DNA of 64,000 nt from Promethearchaeota archaeon Loki_b32 (GCA_005223125.1 NJBH01000008.1:1-64000); one strand, 5' to 3'; shown: positions 20,537-31,150, counted from the stretch's first letter. The notes: generated by a model from the sequence alone, not told the origin. Program-made: numbers and translations.

Positions 20537-21631
20537 ATGTATGAAATAGAGGAGACCGTTTACAAACGTTTTAAGCAGAAAAATAATATGTTATTTAGGA
20601 GATTGTGGGATAAGACTTTACCGACTTACCATCAAATGATTGATACAAATCTCGAGAAACATATTGAATCAAAAAAAGATGGTTATTCAAGGATAGATTT
20701 TGCTTTAGTAGCGGCAGGCTGGACTGTATATGAAAGATTTCCCTATGCTTTCACATGGGAAAGGAAAGATCTGATGGATATTGGTTATGGAGTAAATTGG
20801 ATGAAATCTAAACACGTAATAGAGAATAGACAAAAATTTACAAATTATATAAAGAAAGCAGCAAAATTCTATGGAACTTCTTTGGTAGGAATCGCAGGTA
20901 TTAATGAAAAATGGATTTATAAAACAGGATTTATGAGACCTGATGATGTTAGTGAAGCTGAAGCAAAACAAGACGTTCGTGGAGGAACAGCTGCAGATTC
21001 GATTTATGATCAACCAATAGAATTACCCGATGGAATAAATAAAGTGATAGTGATGGGAGTAGAAATGGATGAAGAAGCAATTTCGACAGCTCCAGCTCAA
21101 CCAGCAGCTGCAGCTTCAGCAATTGCATATTCAAAAATGGCATTCATTATCTCTTGTTTAGGTGAATTTATTAGAAATTTAGGATATAGGGCTATTCAAT
21201 GCGGTAATGATACAGCCCTTAGTATACCATTAGCAATTGATGCTGGACTAGGTGCTTTAGGTAGGAATGGACTACTCCTTACTCCTGAATTAGGCCCAAG
21301 AGTACGAATATGTAAGATCTTTACTGATTTACCATTAATTTCGGACAAACCAAATCGGAGATTTATTGAAAAAATTAAAAATTATTGTAAGAGCTGTTCT
21401 AGATGTGCTGAAGCCTGTGAAAATGATGCAATTACAAAAGATGAGAATCCCTCATTTAATCCAACTTCGATTTCTAATAATCCAGGAGTTAAGAAATATT
21501 ATGTTGATGTGGAAAAATGTTTTGAGTTTTGGATTGAAAATTCCAGTGATTGTGGAAATTGTATTATGGCATGTCCTTTTTCTAAAATTAAAGATATTTT
21601 ATCTCCATTAGAATTTTGGAACAAAACTTAA
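20537..21631 (+). CDS. Reductive dehalogenase-like cobalamin/Fe-S protein
   Basis: SIPLAIDAGLGALGRNG, GPRVRICKIFTDLPL, CKSCSRCAEAC, CGNCIMACP. Confidence 0.85.
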   Translation: MYEIEETVYKRFKQKNNMLFRRLWDKTLPTYHQMIDTNLEKHIESKKDGYSRIDFALVAAGWTVYERFPYAFTWERKDLMDIGYGVNWMKSKHVIENRQKFTNYIKKAAKFYGTSLVGIAGINEKWIYKTGFMRPDDVSEAEAKQDVRGGTAADSIYDQPIELPDGINKVIVMGVEMDEEAISTAPAQPAAAASAIAYSKMAFIISCLGEFIRNLGYRAIQCGNDTALSIPLAIDAGLGALGRNGLLLTPELGPRVRICKIFTDLPLISDKPNRRFIEKIKNYCKSCSRCAEACENDAITKDENPSFNPTSISNNPGVKKYYVDVEKCFEFWIENSSDCGNCIMACPFSKIKDILSPLEFWNKT

Positions 21632-21693
21632 ACATCAAGTTAAATTATTAGAAATTCAAGTATAAATCAATTAATTTAGAATGATGTTTTATA

Positions 21694-22737
21694 ATGGAGA
21701 AAATTAAAGTAGGTATAATTGGCTCTGGCTTTATTGCTGAATATCATTATTATGCGTATAAATTATTACCGAATGTAGAAATTGTCGGAATAGCAGCTTC
21801 TTCTGTAGAGAAGGCAAGAAGTTTTATGAAAAGGTTTGATATTCCGGGGAAACCTTATGGAAATTATAAAGATTTATTGAAGATGGAATGCGATGCCATA
21901 TCTGTATGTCTTCCTAATTTTTTGCATAAAGATGTCACTATTGATACTTTGAATTCTGGATCTCATGCTCTCGTCGAAAAACCATTGGCTAGAAATGTAG
22001 AAGAGGGAAAGGAAATGTTAGATGCTGAAAAGTCATCTAACCGAAAAATCTTTTATTGTGAAAATACCATGTATGCTCCATCATTTAGCAAGGTGAAAGA
22101 AATTGTTGATGAGGGTGCTCTTGGTAAGATATATATGGGGAGAGGAAGGGAACAACATTCTGGTCCTCATTCTGAGTGGTTTTATAAGAAAGATAAAGCT
22201 GGAGGGGGTGCTTTAATTGATTTAGGGATTCACGATATAGCATGTCTTGTATGGTATCTCGGATGTGATGTTTCAGAAGTATTTTGTCAAACAAAGACAA
22301 GTATTCCTAAGAGGGAAAAGTTTGGTAAGTGTGAAGTTGAAGATAACGCAGTTGGGATATTATATTTTGAAAATGATGCTCAGGTCGTTATTGAGGAATC
22401 TTGGACTGCTCCGGGAGGGCATGATATGAGGTTCGAACTATTTGGTACTGAGGGGCAAATTAAGGCAGCACCAACATTTAGTAATTTAATTAGTGTTTAT
22501 AGTGAAAAAGGTTATGGATATGCAGTTGAGAAAGCATCAACAACTAAAGGATGGACATTTCCTGTCCCAGAAGAATCATGGTCATTCGGATATCCTCAAG
22601 AAATAAATCATTTTATTGATTGTATAATTAACAATAAAGCTTCATTAACTGATGGTAATTATGGTCAAAAAATTCTTCAAATAGTAGAAGCAATGTATAA
22701 AAGTGCTGAAACTAAAAAAATCGAAGAAGTATCTTAA
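21694..22737 (+). CDS. Gfo/Idh/MocA oxidoreductase
   Basis: GSGFIA, EKP, GGGALIDLGIH. Confidence 0.93.
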   Translation: MEKIKVGIIGSGFIAEYHYYAYKLLPNVEIVGIAASSVEKARSFMKRFDIPGKPYGNYKDLLKMECDAISVCLPNFLHKDVTIDTLNSGSHALVEKPLARNVEEGKEMLDAEKSSNRKIFYCENTMYAPSFSKVKEIVDEGALGKIYMGRGREQHSGPHSEWFYKKDKAGGGALIDLGIHDIACLVWYLGCDVSEVFCQTKTSIPKREKFGKCEVEDNAVGILYFENDAQVVIEESWTAPGGHDMRFELFGTEGQIKAAPTFSNLISVYSEKGYGYAVEKASTTKGWTFPVPEESWSFGYPQEINHFIDCIINNKASLTDGNYGQKILQIVEAMYKSAETKKIEEVS

Positions 22738-22803
22738 TAATCAAACCTAAAGTGCTATTTTTTTTTAAAAGAAGAAAGGAAAAGAAAACTAAGATCAGGC
22801 TAT

Positions 22804-23148
22804 TTAATATTGTTTATATTCGCCTTTATACCAAGAACGTTGAGTTTTTCTAAGGTTATCGGGCATATCCTCATATGGTGATATGTCTTCTACAAGTTCA
22901 CATTCAACACCATAGCGTATGTTTGTTTTAAGGTGAACATACCCTGTTTTTGATATACCATTAGCCGTCCTAAGTGCCGTACGACGAGCTATTAATGATG
23001 CGCCTTTTATGTAAAAATATCTCCATTTATCTTCATTAACTAGTTCAATGAAAATTCCTTCATTCATATCTGCGTCAGACTTGATTGGTACAAATTGGCC
23101 AGAATCATCATTCCATTTCAACATAAAATTGTCTTTTTTTTCTGTCAT
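22804..23148 (-). CDS. Hypothetical protein, possibly a divergent single gelsolin-like domain
   Basis: 'KWRYFYIKGASLIARRTALRTANGI' resembles the gelsolin strand-loop-long-helix segment. Confidence 0.4.
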   Translation of the reverse strand: MTEKKDNFMLKWNDDSGQFVPIKSDADMNEGIFIELVNEDKWRYFYIKGASLIARRTALRTANGISKTGYVHLKTNIRYGVECELVEDISPYEDMPDNLRKTQRSWYKGEYKQY

Positions 23149-23255
23149 TGTTTTCCCAATGTCCGATTTTTAGGTATTAAGAAATTAAATTAAATTCTTT
23201 CTTAAAAAATTTTAACATTTTTATGAATTTAATATAAAATTAATATTATTTAATC

Positions 23256-24461
23256 TTATTTTAATGATTTAATATATTCTACTATCGAATCAAGTTTATT
23301 TTTAGAAGCTAAAAGTAGTTCATGGGGAAATTCTACACTTCTAGAATATATATCAGAGACTACTGGAAAACAATTATCATTACTTTTCTCTCCCCCCCAA
23401 TTTGCATTAGAATAATCAATTCCTTTCCTTAGTACAATATTTTTAAAACAATCTAACCTATGCAAAGGGGGATAACAATCGTCTGTTGGTATTTTTTTTT
23501 TATTTAACTTACTATAAAATTCTTTTTTAGTTATCCCAGCAAATTTATTTGGATTAAAAACAATTGGATATACATAATAACCACATTCTTCAGTTCCGGG
23601 TGTTAATTTCATAACTTGAATACCATCAATTTCATTTAATTTATTCCCAAAATATTGAGCATTTTTATTCCTTAAATTATGTTGTTCAGGGAACTTTTCT
23701 AATTGTTTTCGAAGCAATGCTGCATGAAGTTCACCCAATCTGTAATTAGATCCATATGAATAATGAGCATAAGAATATGCATTCTTTTTTCTCCCGCAAT
23801 CAATATAAGAATAAATTATATCAGCTAAATCATTAGAATTACAAATAATCGCACCACCTTCACCACTTGTTATAACTTTGGAAGCCTGGAAGCTAAAAGC
23901 TCCAGCATCTCCCCAATTGCCTACTCGTTTCCCTTTATATCTTGAACCATGAGCGTGAGCACAATCTTCAATAATATACAGATCATTATCAATAGCAATT
24001 TCTTTTAATTTATCTAATTCAACGGGATTTCCACCTAAATGCACTGGGATGATTGCTTTAGTTCTTTCTGTTATTAGCGATTCAATTTTATTCACATCCA
24101 TCACAAGAGTTTCTGGGTCAATATCACAAAAGATTGGTACAGCATTAGTTGCGATAACTGCAGAAGCCGATGCTACAAATGTATAATCTGAGACAATTAC
24201 TTCATCACCTAATCCGATCTCTAAAGCCATTAATGCTGATTCAATAGCTACGGTTCCATTACATACAGCAATACAATATTTTGCTTCCTGAAGCTTAGCG
24301 AATTCTTTTTGGAATTTCCAAAGGTTTTCACCATGATGGCCTCCTGGAAAACCACACCACCAATTACCTGATTTTATCACATCTGATAAAGCGTTTATTT
24401 CATTATTATCATAAATAGGCCATTGGGGAAAATTGTTTTTTGTATTTTGTTTAAATGACAT
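23256..24461 (-). CDS. DegT/DnrJ/EryC1/StrS sugar aminotransferase
   Basis: NGT, IEDCAHAHG, FSFQASK, GEGG, GSNYRL. Confidence 0.93.
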   Translation of the reverse strand: MSFKQNTKNNFPQWPIYDNNEINALSDVIKSGNWWCGFPGGHHGENLWKFQKEFAKLQEAKYCIAVCNGTVAIESALMALEIGLGDEVIVSDYTFVASASAVIATNAVPIFCDIDPETLVMDVNKIESLITERTKAIIPVHLGGNPVELDKLKEIAIDNDLYIIEDCAHAHGSRYKGKRVGNWGDAGAFSFQASKVITSGEGGAIICNSNDLADIIYSYIDCGRKKNAYSYAHYSYGSNYRLGELHAALLRKQLEKFPEQHNLRNKNAQYFGNKLNEIDGIQVMKLTPGTEECGYYVYPIVFNPNKFAGITKKEFYSKLNKKKIPTDDCYPPLHRLDCFKNIVLRKGIDYSNANWGGEKSNDNCFPVVSDIYSRSVEFPHELLLASKNKLDSIVEYIKSLK

Positions 24462-24586
24462 AATTCAATAAAACCCTAATTCATATACATAAATTTTATG
24501 AGTTATTTTAGATATATTTATCAAAACAGATAAAAGTATCATTCAACTTAGAAATAAAAGGATTAGAATTTAATCTGATTTTGAAA

Positions 24587-26296
24587 ATGAAAGTTATAGA
24601 TAAAAGGTCATTAGCGGAGATTCTAGAGGATTACATTTCAGAACTTACCTTAGAAGAATTAGAATCATTAATAGAAATACCTCCTCCTGAGTTTAATTAT
24701 ACTTATGCGTTTCCTTGTTTTAAACTTTCGAAATTTCAAAAAAAAGCACCAAATTTAATAGCTCAAGAATTAAAAGATAAAATTAAGATCCCCGAGTTTA
24801 TCGAGAGCCTTACTGTAGATGGTCCATATTTAAACTTTATAATTAATTCAAAAACAATTCTCCAAAATATTTTTGAATTAAAAAATGATTACGGAAGGTC
24901 AAGAGAAATCTCGGGAAATCCTAACAAATTAAGAATAGTAATAGAATATCCCTCTCCTAATACTAACAAACCACTTCATTTTGGACATGTAAGGAATATG
25001 GTATTGGGTAAATCTCTATCAAATTTATTAGAATATAAAAAACACGACGTATTTCAAGTTAACTTAAATAATAATCGTGGAATTCATATATGTAAAAGTA
25101 TGCTTGCATATAAGAAGTGGGGACATAATAAAAAACCAGACAAGAAAAGTGATCATTTTGTTGGGGATTACTATGTTCTTTACGGTGAAAAAGCTAAGGA
25201 TAATGACGATTTAGATAAAGAAGCTCATGAATTATTAAAATTATGGGAAAAAGGGGATCAAGATACTAGAGATTTATGGAATAAAATGAATAAATGGGCA
25301 ATCGAGGGATTTAAAATAACTTATAATAAGTTTGGAATTAAATTTCATGAAGAGTACTTTGAATCTGAATTATATTTAAAAGGAAAAAAGAAAATTTTTG
25401 AGGGATTAAAAAAGGGACTATTTGAAGAAACAGAGGATGGGGCTATTATAGCAAGATTAAAAGGGAAATATAATCTTGAGGATAAAATTTTGATCAGAAG
25501 TGATGGAACATCTATTTACATAACTCAAGACATATATTTAGCATATAAAAAGAAAGAAGATTTTAACTATGATAGATCGATTTATATTGTAGGAGATCCA
25601 CAGATTCAGCATTTTAAATGGCTCTTTGCTATATTGGATATGTTGGGTTTCAAAGAAGATAATTATCACCTCTCATATGGAATGATTAGTTTACCTAGTG
25701 GTAAAATGAAAAGTAGAGAAGGTATTGTTGTTGATGCTGATGATGTAATTGAAGAAGTTGAAAATCTTGCACATAAGGAGGTAAATAAAAGGTATCCTGA
25801 ATTGGATAATGAGGAAAAGAAAAAAAGAGCAGAAATAATAGGTTTGGCTGCTGTGATATTTTACCTTCTAAAATATAATCCCGTAAAAGGTTTTGTATTT
25901 AAACCTGATGAGAGTATATCTTTTGAGGGTGAAACAGGTCCTTACATTCAATATTGTTATGCAAGGATTGTGTCAATCATTTCAAAGTCAGAAAAAAAAA
26001 TAACCAAAGATATCAATTGGGATTTACTTTCTCATGAAAAAGAGAAATTTTTAATAAAACAATTAGTTTATTTTCCTGAAATTATTGATGCATCCGAAAA
26101 GACATATAATATCCATTTAATCCCACAATATCTTCTTAATTTATGTCAAGCCTTCAATTCATTTTATACATTTTGTCAGGTAATATCTGATAATAAAGAT
26201 TTGGAAAAAGCAAGATTATTACTAATACATTGTGTACAAATCGTCATTAAAACGGGATTAAATATCTTAGGAATTGAAACATTAGATAAAATGTAA
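24587..26296 (+). CDS. argS: Arginyl-tRNA synthetase
   Basis: SPNTNKPLHFGHVRN, RSDGTSIY, KMKSREG, GPYIQY, C-terminal Met. Confidence 0.97.
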   Translation: MKVIDKRSLAEILEDYISELTLEELESLIEIPPPEFNYTYAFPCFKLSKFQKKAPNLIAQELKDKIKIPEFIESLTVDGPYLNFIINSKTILQNIFELKNDYGRSREISGNPNKLRIVIEYPSPNTNKPLHFGHVRNMVLGKSLSNLLEYKKHDVFQVNLNNNRGIHICKSMLAYKKWGHNKKPDKKSDHFVGDYYVLYGEKAKDNDDLDKEAHELLKLWEKGDQDTRDLWNKMNKWAIEGFKITYNKFGIKFHEEYFESELYLKGKKKIFEGLKKGLFEETEDGAIIARLKGKYNLEDKILIRSDGTSIYITQDIYLAYKKKEDFNYDRSIYIVGDPQIQHFKWLFAILDMLGFKEDNYHLSYGMISLPSGKMKSREGIVVDADDVIEEVENLAHKEVNKRYPELDNEEKKKRAEIIGLAAVIFYLLKYNPVKGFVFKPDESISFEGETGPYIQYCYARIVSIISKSEKKITKDINWDLLSHEKEKFLIKQLVYFPEIIDASEKTYNIHLIPQYLLNLCQAFNSFYTFCQVISDNKDLEKARLLLIHCVQIVIKTGLNILGIETLDKM

Positions 26297-26326
26297 GATA
26301 TTTAATTAAAAAGGAGAAAGCAAGAA

Positions 26327-27232
26327 ATGAAATTTTTCGATTTTGGTGAAAAAATTGAACAAGATACTCAATTCGTAATTTTTGGTATACCTTGGGATTA
26401 TTTAACTTCAATTGACTTACCCAATTCATCGATCGCTCCTGAGAAAATTAGAAATGTGACAAATGATATTGGATGGACAACAGAATTAGGAGACCATATC
26501 ACAAAATTTAAAGTTGTTGATGTTGGAGATGTTCCAATTGAAAAGGCTAATATCGAAACAAACATCAGAACCATCAAAAAATTTATTAATGATTTTTATA
26601 AAAAAAATCAAAATATAATTCCAATAATGATAGGTGGAGATCATTTCTGCTCCTATCCAGTCATAAAAGCTATTGGAGACAATTTTGAAAAGAAAAATGA
26701 ATTTGGTATACTTATATTTGATTCTCATTTAGATTTTTATCAAGAATTGGATAAAAGTGTTTATTCACATGCGACAGTTTCTCATAGAATTTATGATTTT
26801 GAATATATAAATAATAAAAATCTTCTTGTTGTCGGAACAAGAGATGTAGATATCCCAGAATTAGAATTAGCAGAATCCGAAAATATTGAATATATTAGTG
26901 CTTATCATTTAATTGAAGGATTAGAAAATTATATAGAAAAGATTATAGGTTTTTTTAAAAAGTCAAGCATCAAATATCTTTACGTTTCTATCGATATCGA
27001 TGCTTTAGATCCTTCTATTGCTCCAGGTACTGGTTTTGCGATTCCAGGAGGTTTTTCTTATAGAGAATTATGGAAAATTTTAAAGGAAATATCTAAAAAT
27101 TTTGAAATAATTGGGTTTGATTTGGTTGAAGTTGCACCTAATTTAGATTTAGATAACAAAATGACATGTAATTTAGCAGCAAAAGTGATTATAGAACTTA
27201 TTTCATTTATTTCAAATAGAAAAATTCAATGA
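26327..27232 (+). CDS. speB: Agmatinase / ureohydrolase
   Basis: GGDH, DSHLD, SIDIDALDPSIAPGTG, DLVEVAP. Confidence 0.85.
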   Translation: MKFFDFGEKIEQDTQFVIFGIPWDYLTSIDLPNSSIAPEKIRNVTNDIGWTTELGDHITKFKVVDVGDVPIEKANIETNIRTIKKFINDFYKKNQNIIPIMIGGDHFCSYPVIKAIGDNFEKKNEFGILIFDSHLDFYQELDKSVYSHATVSHRIYDFEYINNKNLLVVGTRDVDIPELELAESENIEYISAYHLIEGLENYIEKIIGFFKKSSIKYLYVSIDIDALDPSIAPGTGFAIPGGFSYRELWKILKEISKNFEIIGFDLVEVAPNLDLDNKMTCNLAAKVIIELISFISNRKIQ

Positions 27233-27237
27233 TTTAA

Positions 27238-28185
27238 ATGCCAGAAAAAGATTTTAAAGAAATATTAAGAAACGTAGAACAATTCAAAATCAGTAATAAT
27301 ACAGATATTATTGAATTGATCAATTCTTTAAAAAATACGGGATTTAATGCAAAAAGATTAGCAGTAGCATGTGAAATTTATAATGAAATGATAAACAATA
27401 AGGATTGTGTAAAATTCTTTGGATTGGCGGGAGCTCTTGTTCCAGTAGGATTACAAAGAATTATCCACGATTTTTTAAAGGAGGGTTTCATTGATGTTTT
27501 AGTAACTACAGGAGCTAATTTAACACATGATCTCGCAGAAGCTTTAGGATATCATCATCTACAAGGAAATATTGAGATTGATGATAAAGATTTACATAGT
27601 GAGGATATTAATAGGATTTATGACGTATTCATGCCAAATAAGGTATATGAGGGAATTGAAGATTTTATTTCAAAATTAGAAATATCAGATTATCAAATGC
27701 CCGTAAGTTCTTTTCTAAATTGTCTTGGAAATAGTCTTCCTCAAAATTCTCATTCCATTCTTAGAGTATGTGCTGAGAAAGAGATACCAATTTTCTGTCC
27801 TGCCTTTACTGATTCAGGCTTAGCAATGCAGCTTGGTTTTCATCACCAAAATTTGAACCTGAATCATTTTAAAGATATGTTAGAAATGATAAATTTAGCA
27901 TGGGATACTAAAAATGCAGGTATATGTATTGTAGGAGGAGGAGTTCCTAAAAATTTTATAATGCAATCATTACAATTTTGCCCAAATTCTGCGACTTATG
28001 CCATACAAATTACTATGGATCGCCCAGAACCCGGAGGATTAAGTGGAGCTAGCTTGAAAGAGGCAATTTCATGGGGTAAAATAAATGAAAGAGCAAAATA
28101 TTCTACGGTAATCTCTGATGCAACTATTGCTTTACCTTTAATTTTTTGGTATTTAAAGAAAATGCAAGAAAAAAAAAAAAATTAA
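27238..28185 (+). CDS. dys: Deoxyhypusine synthase
   Basis: TTGANLTHD, GGGVPKN, GGLSGA, EAISWGK (catalytic Lys), DAT. Confidence 0.92.
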   Translation: MPEKDFKEILRNVEQFKISNNTDIIELINSLKNTGFNAKRLAVACEIYNEMINNKDCVKFFGLAGALVPVGLQRIIHDFLKEGFIDVLVTTGANLTHDLAEALGYHHLQGNIEIDDKDLHSEDINRIYDVFMPNKVYEGIEDFISKLEISDYQMPVSSFLNCLGNSLPQNSHSILRVCAEKEIPIFCPAFTDSGLAMQLGFHHQNLNLNHFKDMLEMINLAWDTKNAGICIVGGGVPKNFIMQSLQFCPNSATYAIQITMDRPEPGGLSGASLKEAISWGKINERAKYSTVISDATIALPLIFWYLKKMQEKKKN

Positions 28186-28213
28186 AAAAATTTTCATAAG
28201 GATCCTCAATTTT

Positions 28214-28675
28214 TTAAAATATTCTTTTTAATTTTTGGTCCACAGTTTCAGTATCAGTACCAAAAATTATATCAAGATGTTGCTTAAATTTTTTAAATTG
28301 AGAAACTTCTGATAAATTTTTTCCGGTATTTAATGATTTAAATTCTTTAGACATTTGTTTCAATAAAGGTCGAATAATTTTGCGAATATATTTTTCAACT
28401 CTTTTTTCTCTATCTAAAATAACGTACGATATTAAAAGTTCTGGTTCAAAACTGTCTTCAGAATTAATTTTATCTTCAGTAAATGCTATAAGAAATTTCT
28501 TACCTTCAAAATATTCAACCAGGTCTTTTGAAAACGTAGATTGAGCAAAATTCAAAATTGCAGTAAGTAATCCACTTCTTAAATCAGTATCAATTTTTCC
28601 TTTTGTAGACTTATGGTAACTCTTCTTTACCAATGTAAATCCTCTGAATAATAAGCCAGCTTCTCGAACAACCAT
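28214..28675 (-). CDS. Longin-like small protein
   Basis: 'DTDLRSGLLTAILNFA' helix and 'FKKFKQHLDIIF' C-terminal helix; similar layout to 4791-5249. Confidence 0.6.
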   Translation of the reverse strand: MVVREAGLLFRGFTLVKKSYHKSTKGKIDTDLRSGLLTAILNFAQSTFSKDLVEYFEGKKFLIAFTEDKINSEDSFEPELLISYVILDREKRVEKYIRKIIRPLLKQMSKEFKSLNTGKNLSEVSQFKKFKQHLDIIFGTDTETVDQKLKRIF

Positions 28676-28850
28676 TATAAAGAATTTAACATAAAATTTT
28701 GAGATTTTGAGTATAATCTTCTAAAAATGCATCTAGTATTATATTTTAAATATACCAATTTTTAATAATAAATCCTTTGATTCTCTTACAAGTTTATTTT
28801 AATTTCGGATATTTAATTAAAAATATTATTTATCCAATATTTCTAAAGGT

Positions 28851-30038
28851 ATGATTCCCAAAGAAAAAATTAAATTATGCGCTGAAAATATTACGAAAAG
28901 TGTAAACATAAAAAAAGAAGGCGAATTTATTCTTATAAAAGGTGCTATCTACTCTCAAGAGCTCTTAGAGGAAATAGGTTTAAGTGTTCTTAGAAAGGGA
29001 GGAGTTCCACATATTACCTCCGTAAGTGATTATTATGAGGAGTCAATGTGGCAAGATGATCAAATTAAAGTGAAAACCTTACAAGAACCCCCTTTACATT
29101 ATCTAGAAATGATTAAAAAAATCGACGCTTACATAGTAATTGAGTACCCCGAAGATCCTTTAATTCGTAATAAAGCACCAGAAGAAAAACTTAAAGCTTA
29201 TCAAAAATCAGTTGCTCCCATACGAGAAATATTATATGGGTTCAAGAAAGAGTATGCCCCTGGAAAAAAATGGTGTTATGCTGCTTGGCCATCAAAGAAA
29301 GCAGCAGATTTCTATAATATTAATTATGATTTATTTGAAAAATTCATTGTTGATGGTATGAGCATTCCATCAGAAGAATTAACTAATATTACTAAGAATT
29401 TAGGAAAGTTTTTCGAAAATGCTAAAAAAGTATACGTGAAAGATAGTATTGGTACAGATTTTTGGGTTTCAATAGAAAATCGAGCTAAATTTCTTGATGA
29501 TGGATTACTTTCTGAAGAACAAATTGCGTTAGGAGACTTAGGATGTAATTTACCTGCTGGTGAGGTGTATTTTCCTCCGAATGAAAAACAAGGCGAAGGC
29601 AAGATTTTTTGTCCAATAACAGTTGAGAGATATTCGAATAAAATCTTGAAAAATATAGAACTTAGTTTTCAGGATGGTAAATTATTGATGGATAAGGTAT
29701 CGGCTGATAATGATTTAGATATCTTAATCGAGGCTTTTAAACAAAGTGAAAAAATAGATAGAGAAAATAATGTACCAGAATTAAGAACTTATAACGTTTG
29801 TGAACTAGGTATTGGGTGTAATCCTTTAATAACTAAATCAATTGGATACATTCTTACAGATGAAAAAATTAATGGAAGTGTTCACCTTGCCTTTGGATTT
29901 AATATATCTTTTGGAGGAACCTCAACATCTCAAATGCATTGGGATTTTGTTACTGAACCAAAGGCTAACATAACAGTAGAATATATGGATGGCACTAAAA
30001 AAGAGATAATGGAGAATGGAAAATTAATTGATGAATAA
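28851..30038 (+). CDS. Aminopeptidase, M29 family
   Basis: NLPAGEVY, ELGIG, DEK...HLAFG, HWD. Confidence 0.92.
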   Translation: MIPKEKIKLCAENITKSVNIKKEGEFILIKGAIYSQELLEEIGLSVLRKGGVPHITSVSDYYEESMWQDDQIKVKTLQEPPLHYLEMIKKIDAYIVIEYPEDPLIRNKAPEEKLKAYQKSVAPIREILYGFKKEYAPGKKWCYAAWPSKKAADFYNINYDLFEKFIVDGMSIPSEELTNITKNLGKFFENAKKVYVKDSIGTDFWVSIENRAKFLDDGLLSEEQIALGDLGCNLPAGEVYFPPNEKQGEGKIFCPITVERYSNKILKNIELSFQDGKLLMDKVSADNDLDILIEAFKQSEKIDRENNVPELRTYNVCELGIGCNPLITKSIGYILTDEKINGSVHLAFGFNISFGGTSTSQMHWDFVTEPKANITVEYMDGTKKEIMENGKLIDE

Positions 30039-30044
30039 CTAGCA

Positions 30045-30545
30045 TTATTTTCTTACTTTATGATTTCTGTCTGAAAAAAATTCTTCTAGAAATTGAATAA
30101 TTTTATCTAAAACTCTTTTTTTAAATGTAATACGATCTGTTTTAAAATTGTATTCGAGAATAGAGGTCTCCTTTTCAGTTGAGATGCATATGAATACAAG
30201 TCCTACTGGTTTTTCTGGCGTCCCTCCAGTTGGACCAGCAATACCGCTAATTGCAATTCCTATATCAACATTAGAAAGAACTCTTATATTGCTAGCTAGT
30301 TCTTTAACAACATTTTCTGATACTGCACCAAATTTCTCAATAGTTATCGGATCTACATTTAGTAGATCTATTTTTGCTTGATTGCTATAACAAACAATTC
30401 CTCTTTCGAAGACTTTTGATGCTCCAGAAATATTAGTAAACATATGCGATATAAAACCACCTGTACAGCTTTCAGCAATAGAAATCTTTAAATTTTGCTC
30501 AGAAAAATCCTTAATTAGTTTTTCTATTCTTTTTAAAATATCCAT
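30045..30545 (-). CDS. pncC: NMN deamidase (CinA C-terminal/PncC)
   Basis: AESCTGG, GAVS, SGIAGP, KPVGLV. Confidence 0.92.
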   Translation of the reverse strand: MDILKRIEKLIKDFSEQNLKISIAESCTGGFISHMFTNISGASKVFERGIVCYSNQAKIDLLNVDPITIEKFGAVSENVVKELASNIRVLSNVDIGIAISGIAGPTGGTPEKPVGLVFICISTEKETSILEYNFKTDRITFKKRVLDKIIQFLEEFFSDRNHKVRK

Positions 30546-30553
30546 GATTTCAA

Positions 30554-31009
30554 TTACCTTTGAATTTCAAATTTTTTCCCACATGATCCACAAAATACTG
30601 CTCCCTCATTTAAAGTATTACCGCAATGGGGACAATGCCATTTTATTGTAGATTTTTCAGATGGAGCTAATTCTTTATAAATTTCTGGTTCTTTATCTCC
30701 AAATGGTTTATATTCTAAGTTCTTTTCGATAGTTTTTTTAAAACATCTAGGGCAACATTGCTTTTTCTGTAATCCAAAATAGAGAAGATATGGATTAATT
30801 ATCATAAAACCCCACATGAAATAGATAAAAAGAAAAATCTCTGAATAAATTGAGAAAGATATGATTGTGATTACCGTGAATGCAGCCATCATTATTATAG
30901 CGAAAATTCCAAATATTTTAATATTGAATTTAGGTCTTGAGGGATACACATTCATTTTGCAGTTTTTACAAAAATTCATATCATTTGGATCTTGAACCAT
31001 ATTTATCAA
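30554..31009 (-). CDS. Membrane zinc-ribbon protein (LITAF-like layout plus C-terminal double zinc ribbon)
   Basis: CKNC - hydrophobic hairpin - CPRC, then CPHCG...CGSCG. Confidence 0.7.
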   Translation of the reverse strand: MINMVQDPNDMNFCKNCKMNVYPSRPKFNIKIFGIFAIIMMAAFTVITIISFSIYSEIFLFIYFMWGFMIINPYLLYFGLQKKQCCPRCFKKTIEKNLEYKPFGDKEPEIYKELAPSEKSTIKWHCPHCGNTLNEGAVFCGSCGKKFEIQR

Positions 31010-31150
31010 TGTAAATATTTAATACCGGATGTTATTATTAATATAAAATAATAATAAATAAAAACAAATAAAAAAAATAATATTGTATACTTTTGATAAA
31101 TAATACATCAATAACAGAATTTAACAAATAAATTTGATAGAGTGATTTAA

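Noticed and set aside
24462-24586. Cognate-codon leader peptides upstream of argS (and of cysS at 52197-52276)
   Set aside because: No Arg-rich or Cys-rich short ORF found; the leader appears specific to ileS in this window.
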